Shown here one piece after another: positions 28,529 through 38,105 of a stretch of DNA of 63,660 nucleotides (position 1 is the stretch's first letter; each line of letters begins with the position of its first letter). Origin of the DNA: Acidimicrobiales bacterium (GTDB lineage: Bacteria; Actinomycetota; Acidimicrobiia; Acidimicrobiales; VFJN01); contig JBKJIE010000097.1 in assembly GCA_046598715.1 (NCBI GenBank), forward strand, positions 1 through 63,660, written 5' to 3'. Below the pieces are notes generated by a model. The model worked only from the letters and a program-made list of their open reading frames with translations, made no database searches and was not told the origin of the DNA. Made by a program: the position numbers and the translations under genes.

Positions 28529-29689
28529 ATGGCGCCCATGTCCTCGAGTGAGCGCGCCCCATCCTCCGAGACGTCGCCCGCCCCGACCGGACCGCTGGCC
28601 GGCATCCGGGTCCTCGACCTGGCCACGGTCATTGCCGGCCCGGGCGCGGCGCGCTACCTCGCTGATTACGGCGCCGACGTGCTCAAGATCGAACGACCGG
28701 GCACCGGTGACAGCACCCGCGGCCTGGGCTTGGCCGACCCGGTCGACGGCACCTCCTTCTATTGGAAGGTCGTCTCCCGCAACAAGCGATGCGCCACGCT
28801 CGACCTCAAGTCCGACGAGGGTCGCGAGACCGTGCTCGCCCTCGTCGCTGACGCCCACGTCCTCATCGAGAACTTCCGGCCCGGCACGCTCGAGCGCCTC
28901 GGCCTCGGCCCCGATGTGCTCCTCGCCCGCAACCCGCGTCTGGTGATCACGCGGGTCACCGGCTTCGGCCAGGACGGCCCGTACGCCGGTCGACCAGGCT
29001 TCGCCACGATCGCCGAGGCCATGTCGGGGTTCGCATCCATCAACGGCGAGCCCGAAGGCGGCCCACTGCTGCCACCCATAGCCCTCACCGATGAGGTCAC
29101 CGCTCTGGCGGCGGCGTTCGCCACCATGACCGCCCTGTGGTCGGGCGCGGGTCAGGTGGTGGACGTGAACCTGCTCGAGTCGCTGTTCCAGTGCATGGGA
29201 CCACTACCCGCTGCCTATGCCGCGACCGGCTACCTGCAGCCGCGCCTCGGGTCGGGCATCCCCTACTCCGTGCCTCGCGGCACGTGGCGCTGCTCGGACG
29301 GGCAGTGGGTCGCGGTCTCGACGTCCGCCGAGTCGGTGGCGGCCCGCGTGATGGAGCTGATCGGCTTCGGCGACCGCGAAGACCTGGCCACCTTCGCCGG
29401 TCGCATCGCAGCGCGCGACGAGCTCGATGCCCGCATGACCGAGTGGTGCGGGGCACGCACGCTCGACGACGTGCTCACCACCTTCGAAGCCGCGCACGCG
29501 GCGGCGGCCCCCGTGTACGACATGGCCGACATCGCCGACGACCCGCACTACGCCGAGCGCGGCACCATCGTCGAGGTCGACGGCGTGCGCATGCAGGGTC
29601 TCATCGCCAAGCTCAGCAAGACGCCCGGCCGGATCCGGTGGGCGGGCCCCGCGCTCGGGGCGCACGACCCGCCGAGCTGGACCACCTGA
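28529..29689 (+). CDS. Family III CoA-transferase (CaiB/BaiF)
   Basis: GIRVLDLATVIAGPGAARYLADYGADVLKIERP signature; 386 aa. Confidence 0.9.
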   Translation: MAPMSSSERAPSSETSPAPTGPLAGIRVLDLATVIAGPGAARYLADYGADVLKIERPGTGDSTRGLGLADPVDGTSFYWKVVSRNKRCATLDLKSDEGRETVLALVADAHVLIENFRPGTLERLGLGPDVLLARNPRLVITRVTGFGQDGPYAGRPGFATIAEAMSGFASINGEPEGGPLLPPIALTDEVTALAAAFATMTALWSGAGQVVDVNLLESLFQCMGPLPAAYAATGYLQPRLGSGIPYSVPRGTWRCSDGQWVAVSTSAESVAARVMELIGFGDREDLATFAGRIAARDELDARMTEWCGARTLDDVLTTFEAAHAAAAPVYDMADIADDPHYAERGTIVEVDGVRMQGLIAKLSKTPGRIRWAGPALGAHDPPSWTT

Positions 29690-29717
29690 GCCATCTCCAT
29701 CCGACGGTCGGCGCCGG

Positions 29718-30260
29718 TCACGCCCCGGCCGGCGCAACCTCGATGCGGTCCTGGGGCCATTCACGTGCCGCCGCGAACGCCGTGCGGGCGGCGTCCACGA
29801 TGTCGTGCGGCGTGAGGGCTTGACCGGGGTAGCAGGCCACGCCGGCCCGCACCGTGCGCGACCCGAGCTTGGTGCCCAGCGCGCGGCGCAGGCGCTCGAC
29901 CGCCCAAACGGCGCCGTCTTCGGGCGTGTCCTCGAGCATGAGGCCGTAGGCCCCGTCGGCCATGCGGGCAGCCACGTCGGAGGCCCGCAACGTGGCGCGG
30001 ACCATTGCGGTCACCACCTGCGGATCTGATGGCACGACGGGCCCGTCGGGCAGGCCGTCGACGACCTCGAACAGCGCCAAGGCCAGCGGCCGCAACACGC
30101 GCCGGCACGCGATCAGTCGCCAGCTGACGGTGGACAGGAAGAACGGCTCCGCGAAGAGCCCGCTGCTCGGGTCGAGCAGTGACCGATCGACGGGCAACGC
30201 CCCGTCAGAGCCTTCGTCGCTCTCCCCATCCCGCATCGGAGCGACAGTACTGCCCGTCAT
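29718..30260 (-). CDS. Degenerate GGDEF-like domain protein
   Basis: GGDEF-fold register DPSSGL...LFEVVDG...RASDVAARMADGAYGLMLEDT...RAGVACYP...DAARTAF, with ADGAY in place of GGDEF and an RxxD-type site retained. The start lies 3 nt after the meaA stop. Confidence 0.6.
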   Translation of the reverse strand: MTGSTVAPMRDGESDEGSDGALPVDRSLLDPSSGLFAEPFFLSTVSWRLIACRRVLRPLALALFEVVDGLPDGPVVPSDPQVVTAMVRATLRASDVAARMADGAYGLMLEDTPEDGAVWAVERLRRALGTKLGSRTVRAGVACYPGQALTPHDIVDAARTAFAAAREWPQDRIEVAPAGA

Positions 30261-30263
30261 CGC

Positions 30264-32225
30264 CTACTTCCGTTGGGCCTCTGCCAGATCGACGATCTCG
30301 CCCATGATCCTCGTGAGCTCGAAGTCCTTCGGCGTGTAGACAGCCGCCACGCCCGCAGCGAGCAGCCGAGGGCGATCCTCCTCAGGGATGATGCCGCCAG
30401 CGATGACGGGCGCCGTGACACCGCGCTCACGAGCGAGGCGCACCACCTCGGGCACCAGCTCCAGGTGGCTGCCCGACAGGATCGACAGGCCGATGACGTC
30501 GACGTCCTCGTCGAGCGCCACCGAAGCGATCTGCTCCGGTGTGAGGCGGATCCCCTGGTAGATGACCTCCAGGCCGGCATCGCGCGCGGCGACGGCGATC
30601 TGCTCGGCGCCGTTGCTGTGCCCGTCGAGACCGGGCTTGGCCACGAGGAGCCTCGGCGGCCCACCCGGGAGCTGCTTCACGCGATCGGCGATGGCGCGCA
30701 GGCCGTCGCTCCCTCCGCCGACACCCGCCGCGGCCGCAACACCGGTGGGCGCCCGGTACTCGCCGAACACCTCCCGCAGCACACCCGCCCACTCGCCCGT
30801 CGTACCGCCGGCATGGGCCAGGTCGATGGTGGCCGGCATCACGTTCTCGCCCGACGCAGCCACCCGGGCCAGCTCCTCCAACGACCGCTTCACGGCATCG
30901 TGATCGCGGTTGGCTCGCCACGCCACCACGCCGGCGACGGTCTCGGCCTCGAGAGCGGGATCGACCTTGAGGATGGAGCCCTCTCCCTCGAGCGGCGACG
31001 GGAGGGCCTCGGTGAACGTGTTGACGCCGACGACCTTGAGGTCGCCCGACTCGAGCCGCCGCATGCGCGCCGCGTGGCTTGCCACCAGCCTGCCCTTGAG
31101 CTCGTCGATTGCTTCGAAGGCACCGCCGAGGGACAGCACATCCTCCAGCTCGGCCCAGGCGGCGTCGGCCAGCTCACTCGTCAGGCGATCCATCACCACG
31201 GAGCCCTCGAAGAGGTCGGGGTACTCGAGCAAGTCGGTCTCGTAGGCCAGCACCTGCTGCATCCGCAGCGCCCACTGCTGATCCCACGGTCGCGGCAGGC
31301 CGAGGGCCTCGTTCCACGCGGGAAGCTGGATCGATCGGGCTCGCGCGTCGCGCGACAGCGTGACGCCGAGCATCTCGAGCACGATGCGCTGCACGTTGTT
31401 CTCAGGCTGCGCCTCGGTGAGCCCGAGGCTGTTCACCTGCACGCCGTAGCGGAAGCGACGCGCCTTGGGGTCGGTGACGCCGTAGCGCTCGAGGCCGATG
31501 CGATCCCACAGCTGCGTGAAGGCCCGCATCTTCGCGGTCTCCTCCACGAAGCGGATGCCGCTGTTCACGAAGAAGCTGATCGACGCGAACACGGCCGGGA
31601 ACCGGTCGGCATCGACCTGGCCCGACTCTTGCACCGCGTCGAGCACGCCGATGGCCGTGGCGAGCGAGTAGGCCAGCTCCTGCACCGGCGTAGCTCCCGC
31701 CTCCTGCAGGTGGTAACTGCACACGTTCATTGGGTTCCACAGCGGCACCCACTCGGCGCAGAAGGCCACCATGTCGACGATCAGCCGACGCGAGGGCAGC
31801 GGGGGGAAGATGTAGGTGCCCCGAGACAGGTACTCCTTCACGATGTCGTTCTGGGTGGTGCCCCGCAGCTCCTTGCTCGGCACACCCTGGCGCTCGGCGT
31901 TGGCGACGTAGAGACCGAGGAGCCAGGCCGCGGGTGCGTTGATCGTCATCGACGTGTTCATCTCGCCGACCGGGATGCCGTCGAGGAGCTCCCCCATGTG
32001 CCCGAGGTGCACCACCGGCACGCCCACCTTGCCCACCTCGCCCTTGGCGAGGACGTGGTCGGGGTCGTACCCCGTCTGCGTGGGCAGGTCGAAGGCGATC
32101 GACAGGCCCGTCTGCCCCTTGGCCAGGTTCGAGCGATACAGCTGGTTGCTGGCGGCAGCCGTGGAGTGCCCCGAGTAGGTGCGGATCATCCACGGACGAT
32201 CTGGCTGCTCCAGGTGCGCTGTCAT
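30264..32225 (-). CDS. meaA: Ethylmalonyl-CoA mutase (MeaA; B12-dependent acyl-CoA mutase, fused catalytic and B12-binding domains)
   Basis: MIRTYSGHS..., SIAFDLPTQTGYD, RGTTQNDIVKEY and C-terminal KPGLDGHSNGAEQIA (DxHxxG B12 motif). The Met at 32225 gives 653 aa; the ORF-track N-terminal 203 aa is shadow frame. Confidence 0.9.
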   Translation of the reverse strand: MTAHLEQPDRPWMIRTYSGHSTAAASNQLYRSNLAKGQTGLSIAFDLPTQTGYDPDHVLAKGEVGKVGVPVVHLGHMGELLDGIPVGEMNTSMTINAPAAWLLGLYVANAERQGVPSKELRGTTQNDIVKEYLSRGTYIFPPLPSRRLIVDMVAFCAEWVPLWNPMNVCSYHLQEAGATPVQELAYSLATAIGVLDAVQESGQVDADRFPAVFASISFFVNSGIRFVEETAKMRAFTQLWDRIGLERYGVTDPKARRFRYGVQVNSLGLTEAQPENNVQRIVLEMLGVTLSRDARARSIQLPAWNEALGLPRPWDQQWALRMQQVLAYETDLLEYPDLFEGSVVMDRLTSELADAAWAELEDVLSLGGAFEAIDELKGRLVASHAARMRRLESGDLKVVGVNTFTEALPSPLEGEGSILKVDPALEAETVAGVVAWRANRDHDAVKRSLEELARVAASGENVMPATIDLAHAGGTTGEWAGVLREVFGEYRAPTGVAAAAGVGGGSDGLRAIADRVKQLPGGPPRLLVAKPGLDGHSNGAEQIAVAARDAGLEVIYQGIRLTPEQIASVALDEDVDVIGLSILSGSHLELVPEVVRLARERGVTAPVIAGGIIPEEDRPRLLAAGVAAVYTPKDFELTRIMGEIVDLAEAQRK

Positions 32226-32275
32226 GGCTCCATGATCCCCCCGAGCCCCAGTCCCCAACAAACCACCCCGACTGG

Positions 32276-32322
32276 TTCTGTGTGCGCCCAGCCACGAATG
32301 ACGTGGGTGCGTGCACACAGAA
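32276..32322. repeat. REP-like palindromic element, copy 3
   Basis: ttctgtgtgcgcccagccacg-aatga-cgtgggtgcgtgcacacagaa: 21-bp arms with 3 mismatches. It lies between the aat stop and the meaA start. Confidence 0.75.
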
Positions 32323-32332
32323 CTGGGTGGGT

Positions 32333-32998
32333 TCAGGACCAGATCGGCGGAAGGGGGAGAAGGAGGGCGACCTGCAAGAGGTCGAGGTAGCGCGCACGGG
32401 GGATGTCGATCGCCCCGAGGGAGCCGAGGTGCTCGGTGCGCCACTGCACGTCGAGCAGGCGACCGCCGAGCCCGTCGCGCAGCACGTCGACGAGGGCCAC
32501 GAGCGCCACCTTGGAGGCGTCGCTCCGACGTTGGAACATCGACTCGCCCGCGAAGAGCCCCCCGATGGCCACGCCGTAGAGGCCGCCGGCCAGGCCTCGG
32601 TCGTCCCACGCCTCCACGCTGTGGGCCCAGCCCAGCTCGTGCAGCCGCGTGTAGGCGGCGGCGATCTCCGACGTGATCCACCCGCCCGATCGACGCGGAT
32701 CGGCGCACGCCTCGACCACGGCGGCGAAGGCGGTGTCGATCCGCACCTCGTAGCGACGGCACGACCGCCGCAGCGACCTCGTCACTCGGAGCCCGTCGAT
32801 CGGCAGCACCGCGCGCGGGTCTGGGGACCACCACGCCATCGGCTCCTCGCCGTCGATCGGCATCGGGAACTGCCCGGCCCGGTACGCGGCGAGGAGTGTG
32901 CCGGGCTCGAGGTCCGCGCCGATGCCGACCACGCCGTGCTCGTCAGCGGTGGCCGGATCGGGGAACCCCCATCGCGGGGGCGGCGGCTCGACCGGCAT
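32333..32998 (-). CDS. aat: Leucyl/phenylalanyl-tRNA--protein transferase
   Basis: LLAAYRAGQFPM, WWSPDPRAVL, GGLYGVAIGGLFAGESMF and VALVAL. The Met at 32998 is preferred. Confidence 0.9.
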   Translation of the reverse strand: MPVEPPPPRWGFPDPATADEHGVVGIGADLEPGTLLAAYRAGQFPMPIDGEEPMAWWSPDPRAVLPIDGLRVTRSLRRSCRRYEVRIDTAFAAVVEACADPRRSGGWITSEIAAAYTRLHELGWAHSVEAWDDRGLAGGLYGVAIGGLFAGESMFQRRSDASKVALVALVDVLRDGLGGRLLDVQWRTEHLGSLGAIDIPRARYLDLLQVALLLPLPPIWS

Positions 32999-33008
32999 GG
33001 GAGCGGGG

Positions 33009-33782
33009 CTACTTGGTGGTGGCGACGCCGCCGTCGAGGGGGATGACGGTGCCGGTGAGGAAGCTCCCCGCCATCGAGCTGAGGAAGATGGCAAGACCGG
33101 CCACGTCCTCAGGCCGGCCGATGCGCTTGAGGGGCATCATCCGGGCCATGTGATCGCCAGCGGCCTCCAGGGTGGCGCGCATCATGCGCGACTGGAAGGG
33201 CCCCGGAGCGATGGCGTTCACCGTGATCTCCGGCGCGAGGTGCTTGGCCAGGTGCCGGGTGAGCTGGTGCACGGCCGCCTTCGACGACGAGTACGAGTAC
33301 GTCTCCAGGGCCGGCACCTGGATGCCGTCGACCGATCCGATGTTGATGACCCGCGCCGGCTCCTCAACCGTGCCGGCCGCCTGCAGGAGCGGCAGCAGGA
33401 ACTTGGTGGTGTGGAACACGCCCTCCACGTTCACGTCGAGCACGCGCGCCCACGACTTGGTGTCGTGCTCGGCCAGCGGTGCCCCCCAGGTGGCCCCGGC
33501 GTTGTTGACGAGGATGTCGAGCGAGTCCCACCGAGCGGCCACCGCCTCACCCAGGGAACGACAGCCCTCCTCGGTCGACAGGTCGGCCACCACGTAGGAG
33601 CACTCACCGAGCTGCGACAGCTCGTCGGTGACCTCCTTGAGGGATGCCTCCTTGCGCGACGCGATGATCACGCTCACGCCGGCCTCCACGAAGCCGCGCG
33701 CGATCATCGTGCCGATCCCGCTGCCACCTCCCGTGACGACGGCCCGCTTGCCTGCGATGTCGAACAGCTCAGATGCGCTCAT
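33009..33782 (-). CDS. SDR-family oxidoreductase
   Basis: TGGGSGIG, NNAG and YSSSKAA motifs; 257 aa. Confidence 0.9.
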   Translation of the reverse strand: MSASELFDIAGKRAVVTGGGSGIGTMIARGFVEAGVSVIIASRKEASLKEVTDELSQLGECSYVVADLSTEEGCRSLGEAVAARWDSLDILVNNAGATWGAPLAEHDTKSWARVLDVNVEGVFHTTKFLLPLLQAAGTVEEPARVINIGSVDGIQVPALETYSYSSSKAAVHQLTRHLAKHLAPEITVNAIAPGPFQSRMMRATLEAAGDHMARMMPLKRIGRPEDVAGLAIFLSSMAGSFLTGTVIPLDGGVATTK

Positions 33783-33796
33783 GGCGCACCTGGCTA

Positions 33797-34654
33797 CTAC
33801 TTCTTGGCGTAGTCGTAGAAGCCGAGCCCGCTCTTGCGTCCGAGCTGACCGGCCGAGACCATGCGGCGCAGGAGGGGCATGGCGGCGTAGTTCGGGTCGC
33901 GGAACTCGAGGTAGAGGGCGTCGAGGATCGACAGCGAGGTGTCGAGGCCCACCAGATCCAGGAGGGCCAGCGGCCCCATCGGGAAGTTGCAGCCGCCCTT
34001 CATGGCGGTGTCGATGTCGTCGCGGTTGGCGGTGCCGGCTTCGAGCATGCGCACGGCGTTGTTGAGGTACGGGAACAGCAGCGCGTTGACGATGAACCCG
34101 GCGCGGTCCTTCACCTCGACGACGTCCTTCCCACAGGCGACGGCGAACGCCTTGGCCGCCGCGACCGTGTCGGCCGATGCGGTGAGCGGGGCGATGACCT
34201 CCACGAGGCTCATCATCGGGGCTGGGTTGAAGAAGTGGATGCCGACGACCTTCTCGGGGCGCTCGGTGGCCATGGCCAGCTCGACCACGGGCAGCGTGGA
34301 GGTGTTGGTGGCGATGATCCCCTCGGGCTTCACGATGTCGTCGAGCCGGGTGAACAGCTCCTTCTTCACTGCGAGGTCCTCCACCACCGACTCGAGCACG
34401 AGGTCGCAGTCGTGCAGGGCGTGGAGGTCGTCAGTGGAGCTGACGCGTGCGGCGATCTCCTTGGCGGCCTGCTCCTCGAGCTTGCCGCGCTCGACCTGCT
34501 TGGCCAGCGACTTCTCCAGTGCCGCGACCATGGCGTCGGCCGTCTCCTGCCTGCGGGACCGAAGGATCACGTCGACGCCGGACTTGGCGGCGACCTCCGC
34601 GATGCCGGATCCCATGATCCCTGAACCGACGATGCCCAAGCGTGAGATGGTCAT
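33797..34654 (-). CDS. hbd: 3-hydroxybutyryl-CoA (3-hydroxyacyl-CoA) dehydrogenase
   Basis: GIVGSGIMGSGIA, ATNTSTL, GIHFFNPAP and GFIVNALL. The Met at 34654 (MTISRLG) gives 285 aa. Confidence 0.92.
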   Translation of the reverse strand: MTISRLGIVGSGIMGSGIAEVAAKSGVDVILRSRRQETADAMVAALEKSLAKQVERGKLEEQAAKEIAARVSSTDDLHALHDCDLVLESVVEDLAVKKELFTRLDDIVKPEGIIATNTSTLPVVELAMATERPEKVVGIHFFNPAPMMSLVEVIAPLTASADTVAAAKAFAVACGKDVVEVKDRAGFIVNALLFPYLNNAVRMLEAGTANRDDIDTAMKGGCNFPMGPLALLDLVGLDTSLSILDALYLEFRDPNYAAMPLLRRMVSAGQLGRKSGLGFYDYAKK

Positions 34655-34716
34655 GGGGCGCGACGCTACCGATGGGTAACAACCGGGGTCCAGATCGAGC
34701 CCGGTAGCGTGCGGCC

Positions 34717-35379
34717 ATGCCCGGCACCCTTGCCCTGGTCGGAGGCGCCGAATGGCGCGACGGCTGCGACTTCGACCACGACCTGCTCGCCGCCGGAGGC
34801 GCGCGCGAGGTGCTCGTGATCCCCACCGCGGCCGCCTATGAGCACCCCGACCGGCTCGTCGAGGCGGCCGTTCGGTGGTTCGAGGAGCTTGGGGCAACGG
34901 TGCGCGCACTGCCCGTGCTCACGCGCGCCGACGCCCTCCTGCCGGCCAACGCGCTCCCGGTGGCGGATGCTCGTTGCATCTACCTGGCCGGGGGCTCGCC
35001 GATGCACCTGCGCTCGGTGCTCAAGGACAGCCCGGTGTGGGATGCGCTGGTCGCCGCCTGGCAGGGCGGGGCCACGCTGGCCGGCTCCTCCGCCGGCGCG
35101 ATGGTGCTCTGCGACCCCATGGTCGACCCCCGTGGCGGCGCCCTCACCCTCGGCCTGGGGCTCGTAGAGCAGCTCGCAGTGATCCCGCACCACGACTCGT
35201 GGAGCGAGGACAAGGCCAAGCGCACCCTGCACATCGCGCCGACGGGGCTGCCGATCGCGGGCATCGACGAGCGCACCGCCCTCATCCGCGACCCACACGG
35301 CGCGTGGTCGGTCTCGGGCCTGGGGCAGGTGGTGGTGTTCGTCGACGGCCACAAGGCCGACCTCACCGCCCTGCCGTAG
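34717..35379 (+). CDS. Peptidase S51 / type 1 glutamine amidotransferase-like protein (cyanophycinase/peptidase E family)
   Basis: LALVGG..., IYLAGGSP and LAGSSAGAMVL match the family serine-nucleophile context. Confidence 0.7.
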   Translation: MPGTLALVGGAEWRDGCDFDHDLLAAGGAREVLVIPTAAAYEHPDRLVEAAVRWFEELGATVRALPVLTRADALLPANALPVADARCIYLAGGSPMHLRSVLKDSPVWDALVAAWQGGATLAGSSAGAMVLCDPMVDPRGGALTLGLGLVEQLAVIPHHDSWSEDKAKRTLHIAPTGLPIAGIDERTALIRDPHGAWSVSGLGQVVVFVDGHKADLTALP

Positions 35380-35420
35380 CCAGCGCCCCCCTGACTAGTG
35401 CGAAATGGCCCGCGCGGGTC

Positions 35421-37127
35421 ATGGCCTTCATCGCCGCGAACTGGGACGATGCGGTCGAGGTCAGAAGGCATCGGGAAGGGCGAGCTGCTGTGGACCGGCG
35501 AGGAGAGCGACCCGAGGACCGGGGACTGCGCACGCTCCTGCTGCTGGCCGCGGCCGGGCACATGGTCCTGGCGTTGGCGCTGACGTTCGTCGAGCCACGA
35601 TTGCTCCCGCTCATCGCGGTGCCGGCCATCGCGACGGTGCTCGTCGCGCGTCGGGTTCGATCCGACGGCGGCCTGCAGGTGCACCAGATGGACCGGCTCC
35701 GCCAAGCGGAGGTGGCACTGGCAGGCGCTGGCACCACTGAGGCCGCCGCTCGGGAGCTGGCTGAGCACGCGATGGCCCTGCTCGATGCCCCCCACGCGAC
35801 CGTGATCATCGAGGGCATCGGCGACACCGTGCGCGTCAGCATCGGTGCGGCCCCCGGCTCCGTGTTCCGCGACGGCAGTCGGATGCGGTTGCTCGACGAC
35901 GACGGGGTGCCGTGCGGATCGATCGCCGTCAGCGCCCGGGCCGATGGTCGCCCGTACACCGAGCAGCAGGAGCGCATGCTCGATGCACTGGCGCAGCGCG
36001 TCTCGTCGACCCTGCACCGGCTCTCGTTGTTCACGGAGATCCAGGCCGAGCGCCGCACGCTGTCCGACGTGCTCGAGTCGTCCTCCGACGGCATCTTCAC
36101 CGTCGGGCTCGACATGGTCGTGCGCTCGTGGAACCCCGCCATGCGGCGCATCACCCACGTGCCCGCGTCCCGCGCCGTCGGCCAGTCGGTGGGCTCCGTG
36201 TTCCGCCCGATCGGTGAGGACGGCAAGCCTCGCCATGGGCAGGCCGACCCTGGTCGCACCGGCCGGCCGGAGGTGGCCCTCGTCGCGTTGGAGGGGCTCG
36301 ACGAGGAGCGCTGGCTCACCTGCAGCTGGGCGCCGCTGTCCGAGGGCGGCTACGTCGTCGTCGCCCGCGACGACACCGAGCGCAAGAAGCTGCAAGACGA
36401 CAAGGACGGCTGGGTCGCACAGGTCAGCCACGAGCTGCGCACGCCGCTCACCCCGATCAAGGGGTTCCTGCACACGCTCCAGCGACGCGACGAGCAGTTC
36501 ACCCAAGAAGATCGCCGGCGGATCTACGAGGTGATGCTGCGCGAGGAGCAGCGCCTCGAGGACTTGGTCAGCTCCCTCCTCCAGGCGACGTCCCTGGATC
36601 AGCCCGGCCTCGTTGTGGCCCTCGACGGGGTCGACTGGCGCACGATCCTCGAGCAGCAAGCCGACCTCTACCGGCGCAACGACCCCAGCCACGAGATCGG
36701 GGTCAGCATCGACGATGAGGTCGGGGAGGTGGCGGCCGACCGCAACCTGGCCACCGGCATCGTCGCCAACCTGCTCTCGAACGCCCTCAAGTACTCACCG
36801 CCCGGTTCGTCGATCGAGGTCGGCGCATCGGTCGATGGCGATTGCGTCGTGACCACGGTGTGCGACGACGGCCCGGGCGTGCCCTTCAGCGACCGCGAGC
36901 GGGTGTTCGACAAGTTCACCCGCCTCGGCGACCACCTCACGCGCCCGCAGCAGGGCGTCGGTCTGGGGCTGTTCATCGCCCGGCAGTCGGTCGAGCGCAT
37001 GGGGGGCGAGATCTGGTGCGACGAGCGGGCCGGCGGGGGCGCGCTGTTCGGCTTCACGCTGCCGGTTCGTGAGCCCGCGGTTGGCTCCGAGCGGGAGACG
37101 ACCACCGCGGGGGCCAAGTCCGGCTGA
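35421..37127 (+). CDS. Sensor histidine kinase (TM, GAF-like, PAS, HisKA, HATPase_c)
   Basis: H-box SHELRTPLTPIKG, N-box LLSNALKYS, DDGPGV and GVGLGLFIA. The Met at 35421 is preferred. No adjacent response regulator. Confidence 0.88.
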   Translation: MAFIAANWDDAVEVRRHREGRAAVDRRGERPEDRGLRTLLLLAAAGHMVLALALTFVEPRLLPLIAVPAIATVLVARRVRSDGGLQVHQMDRLRQAEVALAGAGTTEAAARELAEHAMALLDAPHATVIIEGIGDTVRVSIGAAPGSVFRDGSRMRLLDDDGVPCGSIAVSARADGRPYTEQQERMLDALAQRVSSTLHRLSLFTEIQAERRTLSDVLESSSDGIFTVGLDMVVRSWNPAMRRITHVPASRAVGQSVGSVFRPIGEDGKPRHGQADPGRTGRPEVALVALEGLDEERWLTCSWAPLSEGGYVVVARDDTERKKLQDDKDGWVAQVSHELRTPLTPIKGFLHTLQRRDEQFTQEDRRRIYEVMLREEQRLEDLVSSLLQATSLDQPGLVVALDGVDWRTILEQQADLYRRNDPSHEIGVSIDDEVGEVAADRNLATGIVANLLSNALKYSPPGSSIEVGASVDGDCVVTTVCDDGPGVPFSDRERVFDKFTRLGDHLTRPQQGVGLGLFIARQSVERMGGEIWCDERAGGGALFGFTLPVREPAVGSERETTTAGAKSG

Positions 37128-37164
37128 ACCCCACCCCAAGGCGACGCGTCAGCGCGGCGGCGGG

Positions 37165-38013
37165 CTAGCCCTCGGTGATCGTGACCGTCTTGATCGACAC
37201 GATCTTGGTGGGCTTGCCGTTGGTGGCGGCGTCGCCGTACTTGTTGATCGTGTCGACGACGTCCTGACCCTTGGTGACGTGGCCGAACACGGAGTACGTC
37301 GACTTGAGCTGCTTGCCGCCGTCGCCGACGACGATGAACCACTGGCTCCCACCGGTGTCCGCCGAGCCGGTGTTGGCCATGGCGAGGGTGCCGGCCGGGT
37401 AGGGCGCGTCGCCGCTGGGCAGCTCGTCGGGGATCGTGTAGCCGGGCCCACCGGAACCCGGCGTGGGGCCGACGGGGTCGCCCGACTGGTCCATGAACCC
37501 GGGGATGATCCGGTGGAACGGCACGTTGTCGTAGAAGTGGTAGCGGGACAGCACCACGAAGTTGTTGACGGTCGTCGGTGCGGCGGCGGCGTCGAGCTCG
37601 ATCACCACGGTGCCTTGGGTGGTCTCGAGGGTGGCGGTGTAGGTGGTGCCGTCCTTGATGCAGGTGGGCGGTGCCTGCTCGAAGGCGGTGGTGCGCTTGG
37701 ACGAGCCGTCGGCCGCGGGGCACGGGGTCTTGCCGGTGACCGAGAGGCCGGCGCCGGGAAGCACGATGTCGACCGGCGAGCCGGCCGTGGTCGCCGTGGT
37801 GGCCGTGGTGGACGATGAGTCGGTGGCGGTGACCTCGCTCTTCTTGTCCTTCGAGAGCACAGAGATCAGCAGGGCCACGACCAGAAGGGCCCCGAGGAGC
37901 AGCCCGAGGCTCCTGAGCTGGCGGAAGCGTTGGGTCCGGCGCGCGGCCATCTGCTGCTGCTCGAGGCGGCTGAGCCGTCCCTCGTCTTGACGCTGTCGCT
38001 TCTCGCTGGGCAT
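37165..38013 (-). CDS. Membrane-anchored cyclophilin-type peptidyl-prolyl isomerase
   Basis: N-terminal TM helix, then FHRIIPGFM.Q.GDP, MAN.G..T.GSQFFI. The ATG at 38013 is preferred over the TTG at 38022. Confidence 0.9.
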   Translation of the reverse strand: MPSEKRQRQDEGRLSRLEQQQMAARRTQRFRQLRSLGLLLGALLVVALLISVLSKDKKSEVTATDSSSTTATTATTAGSPVDIVLPGAGLSVTGKTPCPAADGSSKRTTAFEQAPPTCIKDGTTYTATLETTQGTVVIELDAAAAPTTVNNFVVLSRYHFYDNVPFHRIIPGFMDQSGDPVGPTPGSGGPGYTIPDELPSGDAPYPAGTLAMANTGSADTGGSQWFIVVGDGGKQLKSTYSVFGHVTKGQDVVDTINKYGDAATNGKPTKIVSIKTVTITEG

Positions 38014-38105
38014 GGCGGGCAACCCTAGTGGTCACCCCTGTGGTCGCTGGAGTCGGGGTGAACAGGTTCGTGGCGGTGGTCGGGTCGGCGGTAGCGTCGG
38101 CCCTC

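Noticed and set aside
32226-32834. A 203-codon N-terminal extension of the mutase ORF (track ORF 30264-32834).
   Set aside because: The extension is Arg/Pro-rich, runs through REP-like copy 3 and overlaps the aat gene. The conserved mutase N-terminus (MTAHLEQPDRPWMIRTYSGHS) begins at 32225.
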